Positions 19,295 through 28,780 of a DNA stretch of 64,000 nucleotides are shown piece after piece. The DNA comes from a virus: the IMG/VR virus record IMGVR_UViG_3300009181_006602, positions 26,525-90,524 of that record. One strand, written 5' to 3'. Every line of letters starts with the position of its first letter. Positions within the stretch are counted from its first letter, which is position 1. The position numbers and the translations under genes are program-made. A model generated the notes under the pieces. It was given only the letters and a program-made list of their open reading frames with translations. It was not told the DNA's origin and did not search any database.

Positions 19295-19834
19295 CTATGG
19301 AGAGTTTTTTATCGAACTAAAAAATAACTTTAAAACGACAGCAATAAGGCCACCTCCTAAAGCAGCACCGACCCATTTGATGCCAGAAAATAGAACATTT
19401 TGAAACTTTTCAACATTACTCATTGAAATTTCAAGCTTTTGTATTTTTATTTGCATCAATCCAGATTCTTTTTCTAGTGTATCTTCAGCTTCGTTAGATA
19501 GTCGCTTCCACGTTGAATATTCTATAAGCTGTTTTTCTATTTCTGTCACCGAATCAATATTAGCAGCCTTGTTTAAAGCGATTCTAGAAAAAAGTCCATC
19601 ATCAGGATCGTAAATCGCTTCGTGTATTTTATCAACTTTTTGAATGATTTGAGCTTGACATTTTTCTATATTATCAACATTAAATAACAACTTATCAAAT
19701 CCGCCATTTAAGGCCGGACTTATATCCAGCTTGGCATAAATATTTTTTAATAAATCCTTGGACTCTTGATCATCCAAAGAGTCGTCTTCTTTTTCGATTT
19801 TTAAAGATCTTTTATGAAAAGTTTTTTTGTTCAT
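19295..19834 (-). CDS. Coiled-coil protein with a C-terminal transmembrane helix (holin/XhlA-like architecture, uncertain)
   Basis: Hydrophobic C-terminus IKWVGAALGGGLIAVVLKLFF preceded by a heptad-like helix. Confidence 0.5.
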   Translation of the reverse strand: MNKKTFHKRSLKIEKEDDSLDDQESKDLLKNIYAKLDISPALNGGFDKLLFNVDNIEKCQAQIIQKVDKIHEAIYDPDDGLFSRIALNKAANIDSVTEIEKQLIEYSTWKRLSNEAEDTLEKESGLMQIKIQKLEISMSNVEKFQNVLFSGIKWVGAALGGGLIAVVLKLFFSSIKNSP

Positions 19835-19843
19835 ATCGATTAT

Positions 19844-20030
19844 TTATAAGTAACTTATAATTAAGAAAATTTTAAGATTATTTATCTTATCTTATCTTAT
19901 CTTATCTTATCTTATCTTATCTTTATCTTAGATCTTATCTTATCTTTATCTTAGATCTTAGGTGTCTTTATTAAATGTACATTTAATATAATAATTCAAA
20001 GTATAGAAACCTTCTTAACTAATTTAAGAA
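19844..20030. other. Candidate origin of replication or divergent control region
   Basis: At the strand-switch point. Contains the inverted repeat TTATAAGT-A-ACTTATAA (19844-19860), a TTATC array, the 20-bp perfect palindrome TATTAAATGTACATTTAATA (19969-19988) and TTCTTAA-N5-TTAAGAA (20012-20030). Very AT-rich. Confidence 0.55.
19882..19960. repeat. (TTATC)8 microsatellite overlapping two tandem copies of TTATCTTATCTTTATCTTAGATC
   Basis: Pentamer x8 at 19882-19921. 23-mers at 19912-19934 and 19935-19957. Confidence 0.95.
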
Positions 20031-20057
20031 ATATTATTAATATCAAAGAATATAAAT

Positions 20058-22010
20058 ATGCCAACATTTAATACCAAAGACGAGATATTTGGATCTAAAA
20101 TAAAAGACCAGCATCAAGTGATCTTTGTCGCCGACCTTTTCGTTGAGGATTATATCGGTGGAGCAGAATTAACATCAGAGGCCCTTATTTCTGAATCGCC
20201 TTATGGCGTTTTGAAGCTTAAATCGCAAGACGTTACTATGGATCTCTTGCAGCAAGGTGCCGATAAGTTTTGGATTTTTGGAAATTTTTCTGCGCTTAAC
20301 CCGCAACTAATCCCCAGCATAGTAGCTAATCTTAAATATTCAGTGCTTGAATACGACTACAAGTATTGTCGCTATCGATCCCCAGAAAAACACTTGTCCG
20401 TTACAGAAAAATCTTGCGACTGTCATGAACAAATTAATGGTAAATTGATATCTGCTTTTTATTGCGGAGCACAAGGGATGTGGTGGATGTCAGAAGGACA
20501 AAAAGACCATTACACTAGTTTGTTTCCGTTTTTATTAGAAAAATCAAACGTTGTTCTATCCAGCGTTTTTAATAAAAAAACTTTAGGGACCATCAGGGCG
20601 CTCAGAGAAGGCATTCTAAAGTCAAAAGAGGAACGTAAAAAGTGGATTGTTCTTGGGTCAGAATCGTGGATAAAAGGTTTTGATGATGCAAAAAGTTGGT
20701 GTAAGGAAAATGTTAAAGACGTCGATGTGTTATGGAACATGTCTTATGAAACGACTTTAACAAAAATTGCTATAGCCGAAGGATTTGTTTATTTACCACG
20801 AGGTAAAGACACCTGCCCACGAATGGTTATTGAAGCTAAACTATTAGGTTGCACGCTACACATTAATGATAACGTTCAACACAAAAATGAAGAATGGTTC
20901 GCTACTGATGACATTGAATCGATTGAAGCATATCTTTATGCAGCGCCTGGTTTATTTTGGAATGGAATTAGAAGTATGATGAACTATAAACCAACCATCA
21001 GCGGATACACACAAACTCGAAACTGTATTGAACAAAATTACCCGTGGGAACAATCTATTAAGTCGTTACTAGGATTTTGTAATGAGGTTATTATAGTAGA
21101 CGGAGGTTCAACAGACGGTACTTGGGAAAGACTTTTAGAGATTCAGCAAATCGAACCTCGAGTGAAGCCATTTCAAATAACAAGAGATTGGAATGATAAA
21201 CGCTTTGCTCTTTTCAATGGGCAACAAAAAGCTGAAGCCCGATCTAAATGTATAAGCGAATTTTGCTGGCAGGTCGATATCGATGAAGTCGTACACGAAG
21301 ATGACTATTCTAAGATAATTGACCTCGTAACGAAATTTCCAAAAGGTGTCGATCTTATAGCACTCCCAGTTGTTGAATATTGGGGTGGACCTGAAAAGGT
21401 TCGCGTTGATGTTAATCCTTGGAAATGGAGATTAAGCCGTAATAATCCTAACATTACGCACGGTTTACCAAAGTCCCATCGTAGATTTGATGATGAGGGT
21501 ACCATGTTCTCTATTGGCTCAGATGGAGATGACTATATCTACAAGGATACTTTGGAAAATGTACCGTGCGTATCATTCTACACGAACGAAGTTGATTCTG
21601 CTCGCCAAGCGGCGATGAGCGGCAATAAACAAGCTCTTGTGGCTTATGAAAATTGGCTTAATCAAGTTGTCGAACAACTTCCAGGAGTCTATCATTATTC
21701 ATGGTATGATCTCGAGAGAAAGATCCACACATATAAGGGTTTTTGGTCGCGCCACTGGACGTCGCTCTATAATCAAGTACAAGAAGATGTATCAGAGAAC
21801 AACAAGTTTTTTGACAAGAAGTGGTCCGACGTGAATGACGAAGAGATTAAAGATCTTGCAGTTCGTATGAAGGCCGAGCTGGGTGGCTGGATATTTCACC
21901 ATCGTGTTGACTTTTCCAAACCGACACCATGGTTAATCATCAAAAAATCAGAGCCGGCAGTAATGACAACCAGGGGACAAGTGTTTAGTTCGGAGATCGC
22001 CACCACATGA
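20058..22010 (+). CDS. Fused glycosyltransferase (N-terminal GT-B/GT4-like plus C-terminal GT2)
   Basis: GGAE N-terminal motif and DTCPRMVIEAKLLGC (GT-B). ISGYTQTRN, IIVDGGSTDGT and QVDIDE (GT2). Confidence 0.85.
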   Translation: MPTFNTKDEIFGSKIKDQHQVIFVADLFVEDYIGGAELTSEALISESPYGVLKLKSQDVTMDLLQQGADKFWIFGNFSALNPQLIPSIVANLKYSVLEYDYKYCRYRSPEKHLSVTEKSCDCHEQINGKLISAFYCGAQGMWWMSEGQKDHYTSLFPFLLEKSNVVLSSVFNKKTLGTIRALREGILKSKEERKKWIVLGSESWIKGFDDAKSWCKENVKDVDVLWNMSYETTLTKIAIAEGFVYLPRGKDTCPRMVIEAKLLGCTLHINDNVQHKNEEWFATDDIESIEAYLYAAPGLFWNGIRSMMNYKPTISGYTQTRNCIEQNYPWEQSIKSLLGFCNEVIIVDGGSTDGTWERLLEIQQIEPRVKPFQITRDWNDKRFALFNGQQKAEARSKCISEFCWQVDIDEVVHEDDYSKIIDLVTKFPKGVDLIALPVVEYWGGPEKVRVDVNPWKWRLSRNNPNITHGLPKSHRRFDDEGTMFSIGSDGDDYIYKDTLENVPCVSFYTNEVDSARQAAMSGNKQALVAYENWLNQVVEQLPGVYHYSWYDLERKIHTYKGFWSRHWTSLYNQVQEDVSENNKFFDKKWSDVNDEEIKDLAVRMKAELGGWIFHHRVDFSKPTPWLIIKKSEPAVMTTRGQVFSSEIATT

Positions 22011-22744
22011 AGAATCGTTTTGTCTTCGTCGTTCCGTATTACAATGCGGAAGAAGACATATCAAAGACCCTCCACTCTATAATGGCCCAAAGTTATGATG
22101 AGTGGAGGGCTATTGTTATCAACGATATGTCTACCGACAATGGATCTAATCTCACCTCGCGAATAGTCGATGGGTCCATCCATCGAGACAAATTTACTCT
22201 CGTAGACAGGGTAGAGAAGCATGGAGAAGTTCGTAATACTCTTGTATCGTTAGATTCGATAGAAGATGATGAGGTTGTATGTCGATTGGACGGCGGAGAC
22301 TGGCTACTGGAAAACGATCTACTATGGGTGCTTAACGAAACGTACAATGATCCATCTCAGGCGGTCGCCTGGACAGCGCACAGGTGGAGCTATACAACAA
22401 GAAATATCTCTGGACCTTTAAATTTACAATCGAGTCAAACTGTCTATCAACACCCGTGGGTTTCAAGTCACCTGAAGACATTTCGTGCAGGACAACTTCG
22501 TAAAGTTCCAAAAGCTAACTTTTTTACAGACTCAGGCGAGTACATAATGATTGCATGCGATCAAGCGATATTCTTACCAATGATGCATCTCTCCCATGGA
22601 GAAGGAAAAAAGTTGAACTTCGTACCTATTGTCGGATACCATTACAATATCAATCTAGGAAATAAAAATTTATTTACTTCGAATAGAGCGATCAATCAAA
22701 AGATGTCAGCTGAGACGATCCGCGAAAGAGGATTTTTAGAGTGA
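22007..22744 (+). CDS. Glycosyltransferase family 2
   Basis: FVVPYYNAE, INDMSTDN, RLDGGDW. Confidence 0.88.
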   Translation: MKNRFVFVVPYYNAEEDISKTLHSIMAQSYDEWRAIVINDMSTDNGSNLTSRIVDGSIHRDKFTLVDRVEKHGEVRNTLVSLDSIEDDEVVCRLDGGDWLLENDLLWVLNETYNDPSQAVAWTAHRWSYTTRNISGPLNLQSSQTVYQHPWVSSHLKTFRAGQLRKVPKANFFTDSGEYIMIACDQAIFLPMMHLSHGEGKKLNFVPIVGYHYNINLGNKNLFTSNRAINQKMSAETIRERGFLE

Positions 22745-23631
22745 AGATATTGTTAGACAACGTTGATATCAATTCTTCCTCAGGCCCAAACTCTTTTGGT
22801 CGATTGTTATCAGAAGAACTCAAAAGAGTTGGTCACCATATTAGCTCGCGATTAATAGATCCAGACGTTCAACTTTCTTTTATAGTCGCATCTCAAAAAA
22901 AAGCTAAACTAGCTTTACGCCTTGATGGAATATACTTTAACTCTCGACAAGATTGGGAATCCATGAATTCGTCTATTAAGAATTCGTTTAATCTTGCAGA
23001 CGTAGTAATATACCAATCTAATTTTAATAAAACATTGACTGAAAAGTTTTTTGGATATGCAAAAAACTCATTCGTAATAAATAATGGTACTTGTTTAGAA
23101 ACTATTCGTAGTATTAATCCATTAGCTCAACAAGAGCTTGACGAGTATTCAGAAGTATGGTCGTGTGCATCCTCTTGGAGACCTCACAAAAGACTAAAGG
23201 AAAATATCGGTTATTTTTTAGAAAAAGCGCCTATTGATTCTTGTCTTATTGTTGCCGGTGAAAATCCAGATCACGTCATTAAGCACCCTAGGATATTTTA
23301 TGTAGGACAACTTTCTTGGAGAGATTGCATATCTCTATATAAAAGATCAACTACTTTTTTACATTTAGCATTTTTAGATCACTGTCCTAATGTTGTTATC
23401 GACGCTGTTGCTTCTGGTTGTAAGTTGATTGTGGCATCTAGCGGAGGAACAAGCGAGATTGCAGGACTTAATGCTTTGGTCATTAAAGATTTGGATTGGG
23501 ATATGTCGCCGCTTGACCTTTATTCGCCGCCTGCTTTAGATTACTCTAAAGAAAAGCAAAATTGTGTTATATCAAATATTAATATAATCGATGTCGGCAC
23601 TCGCTATATAAATGCGCTAGGATCAATATGA
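22741..23631 (+). CDS. Glycosyltransferase family 4 (GT-B)
   Basis: WRPHKRL, DHCPNVVIDAVASGC, SSGGTSEI. Confidence 0.85.
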   Translation: MKILLDNVDINSSSGPNSFGRLLSEELKRVGHHISSRLIDPDVQLSFIVASQKKAKLALRLDGIYFNSRQDWESMNSSIKNSFNLADVVIYQSNFNKTLTEKFFGYAKNSFVINNGTCLETIRSINPLAQQELDEYSEVWSCASSWRPHKRLKENIGYFLEKAPIDSCLIVAGENPDHVIKHPRIFYVGQLSWRDCISLYKRSTTFLHLAFLDHCPNVVIDAVASGCKLIVASSGGTSEIAGLNALVIKDLDWDMSPLDLYSPPALDYSKEKQNCVISNINIIDVGTRYINALGSI

Positions 23632-23984
23632 AAAACATACACGAATCTGTTAGTTGTTTGTTGACAGCAAAGCTTGTTAAATACAAAAACGAGAAATTGA
23701 ACGTCGCCACTTGTACTTTAATATATCAAGATATATTTGAAACTTTCGTTGATGTAATTCAAGAATCACAAATCGAAATAAGCAATGAAGCAATGAATAT
23801 GATATGTCAAATGTATTATGACGTAGTTGCCATCAACGGAAATCAAGAGTTGGATCCAAACATTTTCTCACAAAGAGCTAGCGTAAAAAATATAGAAACA
23901 AAAGAACTAGCATTGTTAGCTAGCATTTTTTCTAATACGCCTTTTGCTGTGCCTTTTATTCTTGAAGTAAAAAAGAGGTCGTAA
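23628..23984 (+). CDS. Hypothetical protein
   Basis: 118-aa ORF coupled within the operon. No motif recognised. Confidence 0.6.
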   Translation: MKNIHESVSCLLTAKLVKYKNEKLNVATCTLIYQDIFETFVDVIQESQIEISNEAMNMICQMYYDVVAINGNQELDPNIFSQRASVKNIETKELALLASIFSNTPFAVPFILEVKKRS

Positions 23985-23985
23985 T

Positions 23986-24978
23986 ATGAGTAAGCGTGCT
24001 TTCATAACAGGCGTAACTGGTCAGGATGGTAGCTATCTTGTTGATCTTTTGGCATCAAAAGGTTACGAAGTACACGGTCTTATCAGACAATCTACGCAAT
24101 TTACGCCTGATCGTTGGGGACACTTAAAAGGAGCAATGTTGTCTAAAAAGCTAGAAGTTCATCATGGCGATCTAATGGACGCATCAGGAATGAGAGTAAT
24201 ATTAGAAACCATTCAACCTGACGAAGTTTATAATCTCGCAGCGCAAAGCCATGTTGGTATATCTTTTGAACAGCCAGTTAATACTTCAGAAGTTACAGCT
24301 CTTGGCACGCTTTATCTATTAGATGCGATCAAACGTTCTAAATTAAATTGTAAATTTTATCAGGCATCATCAAGCGAGATGTTCGGAAAAGTTAAACTGA
24401 CTCCGCAAAACGAAGAAACGCCTTTTTATCCTAGAAGCCCATACGGTTGCGCAAAAGTATACGCTCATTATATTACACAAAACTATAGAGAATCCTATGA
24501 CATCTTTGCATGCTCAGGCATTTTATTCAATCATGAATCCGAGCGAAGAGGAGAAAACTTTGTGACTCGTAAAATCACAAGAGCCATTGGTCGTATTAAA
24601 GCTGGTTTGCAAAACGAGTTGCGAATGGGAAATACGACGGCGCTTAGAGACTGGGGATATGCACCTGAATACGTTGAAGCAATGTGGCTAATGTTGCAAC
24701 AAGATCAGCCTAACGATTATGTGATAGGTACAGGAACGCAACACTCTGTTCAAGAATTTATCGATGCAGCTTTCGCCATCGCCGGCCTTGATAAAGATCA
24801 ATATATCAAAATAGATCAGAAATTTATGAGACCGTCGGAAGTAGATACACTTATCGCCGATACTTCGAAGGCTAAAGAAGTTTTGGGTTGGACACCTCAA
24901 GTTGACTTTAACACGCTTGTTAAAAAGATGGTAGAGCATGATATTGCGTTGGCAGAGAAGGAAAAATCTCTTTTCTAA
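23986..24978 (+). CDS. gmd: GDP-mannose 4,6-dehydratase
   Basis: ITGVTGQDGSYL, NLAAQSHV, QASSSEMFG, FYPRSPYGCAK, GILFNHES, FVTRKIT, RDWG, RPSEVD. Confidence 0.96.
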   Translation: MSKRAFITGVTGQDGSYLVDLLASKGYEVHGLIRQSTQFTPDRWGHLKGAMLSKKLEVHHGDLMDASGMRVILETIQPDEVYNLAAQSHVGISFEQPVNTSEVTALGTLYLLDAIKRSKLNCKFYQASSSEMFGKVKLTPQNEETPFYPRSPYGCAKVYAHYITQNYRESYDIFACSGILFNHESERRGENFVTRKITRAIGRIKAGLQNELRMGNTTALRDWGYAPEYVEAMWLMLQQDQPNDYVIGTGTQHSVQEFIDAAFAIAGLDKDQYIKIDQKFMRPSEVDTLIADTSKAKEVLGWTPQVDFNTLVKKMVEHDIALAEKEKSLF

Positions 24979-24983
24979 TAATC

Positions 24984-25883
24984 ATGAATAAAGTTTTTGT
25001 ATTAAGACCATCAGAAGATTGGATCGTCGATAGACTAGTCGATGAATGGTACACGGGCAATTCTGATATGTCAGTCCATGATTCAAATCAAGCAGATGTG
25101 ATATGGTTACTCGCAAACTGGTGTTATAAGCGTATTGATAGAAATTTATTGATAAGCAAAAAAGTGATCACTACTATTCATCATGTTGTTAGTGAGAAAT
25201 TTGATCAAGCTAAATTGTTAGATTTTCAGTATAGAGACTCTATAACCAGTGTTTATCATGTACCCAATGGTCACACAGAAAGTATCGTAAAACAATTAAC
25301 TAAAAAAGCTATACATGTAATTCCATATTGGGCTAATCAAAACATCTGGAGACAAACTGGCGACAAGTTAATGTTAAGAGAAAAATACGGTTTGACTATC
25401 GACGGATATTTGATAGGGTCATTTCAAAGAGATACAGAAGGACATGATTTAAAGACTCCAAAACTAGAAAAGGGTCCTGACCTACTGGTAGATGCTATAG
25501 AAAAGCTTTGGATAACTAATAAATCAATTCATGTTGTTTTAGCTGGTTGGCGCCGACAATATGTGATATCTAGACTTGAGCAAGCTGGTATACCTTATAC
25601 ATACTTTGATCGACCTTCGCAAGAAACAATAAATGAGTTATACCAAACGTTGGATCTATATCCTGTCACCGCTAGAGCAGAAGGTGGGCCACAGTCTCTA
25701 ATAGAATGCGGATTATTGAACATCCCAGTAGTTTCTAGAGATATTGGTATAGCAAGTCAAGTTCTTCCTAAAGAATCAATTTCAGCTGACGTTGCGAGTG
25801 CTACACCGAATATACCGACAATAGATAACTTAAAATTGCCTAGTGGATATCTTAGCTATAGAAATTTGATAAACTCGCTATAA
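24984..25883 (+). CDS. Glycosyltransferase family 4-like
   Basis: EKGPDLL, EGGPQSLIECG, PVVSRDIG. Confidence 0.82.
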   Translation: MNKVFVLRPSEDWIVDRLVDEWYTGNSDMSVHDSNQADVIWLLANWCYKRIDRNLLISKKVITTIHHVVSEKFDQAKLLDFQYRDSITSVYHVPNGHTESIVKQLTKKAIHVIPYWANQNIWRQTGDKLMLREKYGLTIDGYLIGSFQRDTEGHDLKTPKLEKGPDLLVDAIEKLWITNKSIHVVLAGWRRQYVISRLEQAGIPYTYFDRPSQETINELYQTLDLYPVTARAEGGPQSLIECGLLNIPVVSRDIGIASQVLPKESISADVASATPNIPTIDNLKLPSGYLSYRNLINSL

Positions 25884-25922
25884 AAACGTTGGCGTGTTTC
25901 ATTGACGAAGTTGGAGTTTAAA

Positions 25923-26738
25923 ATGCAAAACAATTGGTATGATGATTTGTGCGAATATTATAAAGTGACGCCTGAAGTCGCGACACAACTAGGTACGCGT
26001 AGCGCCGGTAGAAAACCAAATTTACCAGGATCATCTACAACACATGCTGTTAGCAACAAGACATTTGAAGAGATATGGGCTTCGGCGCCTAGAGACAACG
26101 AAGAACAAATTTTTCAATTTTATAAAGATCAAGGTGCATGGTCGGCTTTTAGACAAGTCGTTCGACATAAAGATATGACGAACCTACACTTAGATCTTTT
26201 GTCTAGAACAATAAAAACAAATTCTACTTTTTGTGAGTATGGTTGTGGAGTAGCGCCATTTACTTATACATTGTTAAAAAATATTGATGTTAATGAATGT
26301 TTAAACATTTATATTTCAGATGTAGAAAGTGAACATTTTACATTTGGTGCTTGGCGATTAAAAAAATTAATAGAGTCTAGAGATTTAAAAAATATAAAGT
26401 TTGAACCGGTAACTATATTGCCTAATTCATTACCTCAATATTCAAAAATGTTAGATATAGTTTTTATATTCGAGGTCTTAGAACACGTTCCTAACCCAGT
26501 AACATTATTAAAAAATCTTTCGTCACAAATGAGTGCCGGCGGATTATTTTGCGAAAACTTTATCAAACATGTTCATGATCCGAACGAACAACCCGGACCT
26601 GATTTAGAATCAGCTGCAATGTTAAGAGATCAATATTATGAAAACTTGAGTACGGACTTTAAATTATTTATTGGCGAATTTCCCAGTCTTAGTCCGAATC
26701 AAACTAGGGTTTGGAAAAAAAATGAAAATCTATTTTAA
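25923..26738 (+). CDS. Class I SAM-dependent methyltransferase
   Basis: EYGCGVA (motif I), FEVLEHVPNP, GG. Start at ATG 25923 with GGAG upstream. Confidence 0.82.
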   Translation: MQNNWYDDLCEYYKVTPEVATQLGTRSAGRKPNLPGSSTTHAVSNKTFEEIWASAPRDNEEQIFQFYKDQGAWSAFRQVVRHKDMTNLHLDLLSRTIKTNSTFCEYGCGVAPFTYTLLKNIDVNECLNIYISDVESEHFTFGAWRLKKLIESRDLKNIKFEPVTILPNSLPQYSKMLDIVFIFEVLEHVPNPVTLLKNLSSQMSAGGLFCENFIKHVHDPNEQPGPDLESAAMLRDQYYENLSTDFKLFIGEFPSLSPNQTRVWKKNENLF

Positions 26739-27642
26739 TAGACGACCTGTTAAAGGTCCTTGGGGAGGCGGTTCTAAAGTGCTTTCTTCCGTCGTAGAAG
26801 AATGTCACAAGCGTAATCATGCAGTGATATTCGAAGAACAATTAGATCTTACTAATGGAGATGTTGATCTAATCGTGTGCTTGGATCCTAGACCTAATCA
26901 AAGCGTTGATTTTAAAAAGATGCTTGAATACAAGGAGAAGTTTGGAAAAAAAATTCTTCAAAGAGTCGGTGATCTTGGTACACATGGGAAACCAGAACTT
27001 TTTGAACTTTTGAAAAAAACTACGCCACTAGTAGATGTTCTCGTATTTCCTAGTAACTGGGCAAAAAAATATTTAAATCAAGACGACTCAATACAACAAT
27101 ATGTAATTAAAAATGCGCCATTACCAGCGTTTGTCTTTAGCAAGAATTACGAAAAATCATTTGATGAGAAAATAAATCTTGTAACTCATCACTGGTCTGA
27201 TAATGTCAATAAAGGATTCGACTTTTATCAAGAGTTAGACAATTATTGTTTAAATTCTAAAAAGTTTACATTTACATATATCGGAAGGGCTCCTCGAAAT
27301 ATTTCCTTTAATAGACACCTACCTCCACACGATGTAAGCGGATTAATCGATGAGTTGCCAAATTATCACATATACGTTACAGCTTCTAAACTTGAGGCTG
27401 GCGCTAATCATGTTCTTGAGGCATTAGCGTTGAATTTGCCTGTACTTTATCACAGCGATGGAGGCAGCATACATGAATATTGCAAAGATCATGGATTTTC
27501 TTATACCAATTTAGAAGAATTAACGTATATCTTAGAAAACCATATTGAACACATCTATTCCATTTTTATAAAAATGTCTGTAACCAGGCAATCCTTAGAC
27601 ATGGCAAAAGAATACGTAAATTTATTTGAGACCCTCGCGTGA
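26722..27642 (+). CDS. Glycosyltransferase family 4 (GT-B)
   Basis: GPWGGG, NKGFD, EAGANHVLEALALNLPV. Start at ATG 26722. Confidence 0.85.
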   Translation: MKIYFNRRPVKGPWGGGSKVLSSVVEECHKRNHAVIFEEQLDLTNGDVDLIVCLDPRPNQSVDFKKMLEYKEKFGKKILQRVGDLGTHGKPELFELLKKTTPLVDVLVFPSNWAKKYLNQDDSIQQYVIKNAPLPAFVFSKNYEKSFDEKINLVTHHWSDNVNKGFDFYQELDNYCLNSKKFTFTYIGRAPRNISFNRHLPPHDVSGLIDELPNYHIYVTASKLEAGANHVLEALALNLPVLYHSDGGSIHEYCKDHGFSYTNLEELTYILENHIEHIYSIFIKMSVTRQSLDMAKEYVNLFETLA

Positions 27643-28346
27643 AAATTAATATTAGTATAGACGATGTTTCTCCGCATCCCCTTTCTTCTATACGCGTTAT
27701 AGAAAGATGTAATGAGATTATATCGATATTCCCAAGCGTAAAGTTTAGTCTCTTTGTTCCGGTCGCCTATTGGCGAACAGTTAAACATGGAACTACCACT
27801 GACAAACCTTTAAATATCGATCTTTTTCCTGATTTTTGTAATTTTATTAGTAAACTTTCAAAAGAAAATTTTGAAATTTGTTATCATGGATTTTATCATG
27901 GTATACCTGGTATAAGCGACAACGATGAATTTCAACGATTAAATGCAGACGAGGCTAAACAAAAATTTCAAACCATGTTTGAAGTTGTTGATCGAGCAGG
28001 CTTAGGGACTATTTTTAAGCCTATATTTAGACCGCCTGCGTGGAGAATGTCGCCAGACGCTATTAACGTTGCTCAATTATCAGGTATAGAAATATTAGCT
28101 CTTTCTCCAAAGACATATGCTAGAAAAATTTACGACGGCGCAGAAAATACTTTTGATAAAATTGTTTATTATAATTGCAATCCTCCGTTTGATGAGCTTA
28201 ACGCTTTTTCTCCTTATACCGAAATTGTCTACCACGCTTGTGAATGGGACTCGAATTATTTAAGCAAAGAAAAAACAATAGAATTAAAAAACTTTTTGCA
28301 ATTACAAAACAATGCAGAATTTTGTTTTATGAAAGATCTTATATGA
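27639..28346 (+). CDS. Polysaccharide deacetylase-like protein (DUF2334/NodB fold)
   Basis: ISIDDVSP, EICYHGFYH, FRPPAW. Confidence 0.8.
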   Translation: MKINISIDDVSPHPLSSIRVIERCNEIISIFPSVKFSLFVPVAYWRTVKHGTTTDKPLNIDLFPDFCNFISKLSKENFEICYHGFYHGIPGISDNDEFQRLNADEAKQKFQTMFEVVDRAGLGTIFKPIFRPPAWRMSPDAINVAQLSGIEILALSPKTYARKIYDGAENTFDKIVYYNCNPPFDELNAFSPYTEIVYHACEWDSNYLSKEKTIELKNFLQLQNNAEFCFMKDLI

Positions 28347-28780
28347 TAATCTTAAAAAAGATTCAAAAGATAAAAACGCCGGATGGTTGTATGATTCCCA
28401 TATATAGAAATTGGGATAATGAAACCAACGAAGGTCATGAACCTAAAATGGTTTATGCTACAATGATAATGTCTAAAACAGAAAAAGATATTATACTTCA
28501 CGAACGTAGAATTGCTTATATGACCTGCATACAAGGCGTTGTCCAATTAGAAACTCACGTTGAAAATACGATTAAGACAACTTCGCTGTCTTCTAAAGAA
28601 GATGTAAACGGGATGATCGACCTTGTTATTATTCCTGCCAATATGCCAATAAAGTTGTCAAATCATGGTGACGAAACGGCGATTATCATAAATTGCCCCA
28701 GCCCGTCTTGGCATCCAAATGATCCTGACACCATAAAATTTAAAAATTGGAGTGAATTTAAAAAATGGAAAAAAGACTAA
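28343..28780 (+). CDS. Cupin-fold nucleotide-sugar epimerase/isomerase (RmlC-like)
   Basis: TPDG..IPIYR, LHERR...CIQG, VIIPAN, INCPSPSWHPNDPD. ATGA-coupled start at 28343. Confidence 0.65.
   Translation: MIILKKIQKIKTPDGCMIPIYRNWDNETNEGHEPKMVYATMIMSKTEKDIILHERRIAYMTCIQGVVQLETHVENTIKTTSLSSKEDVNGMIDLVIIPANMPIKLSNHGDETAIIINCPSPSWHPNDPDTIKFKNWSEFKKWKKD

Noticed and set aside
19882-19960. CRISPR array
   Set aside because: Contiguous 5-bp and 23-bp tandem units with no unique spacers.
25884-25922. Possible gene relic in a short spacer (TLACFIDEVGV*)
   Set aside because: Too short and lacks a recognisable motif. It also contains the SD of the next gene.
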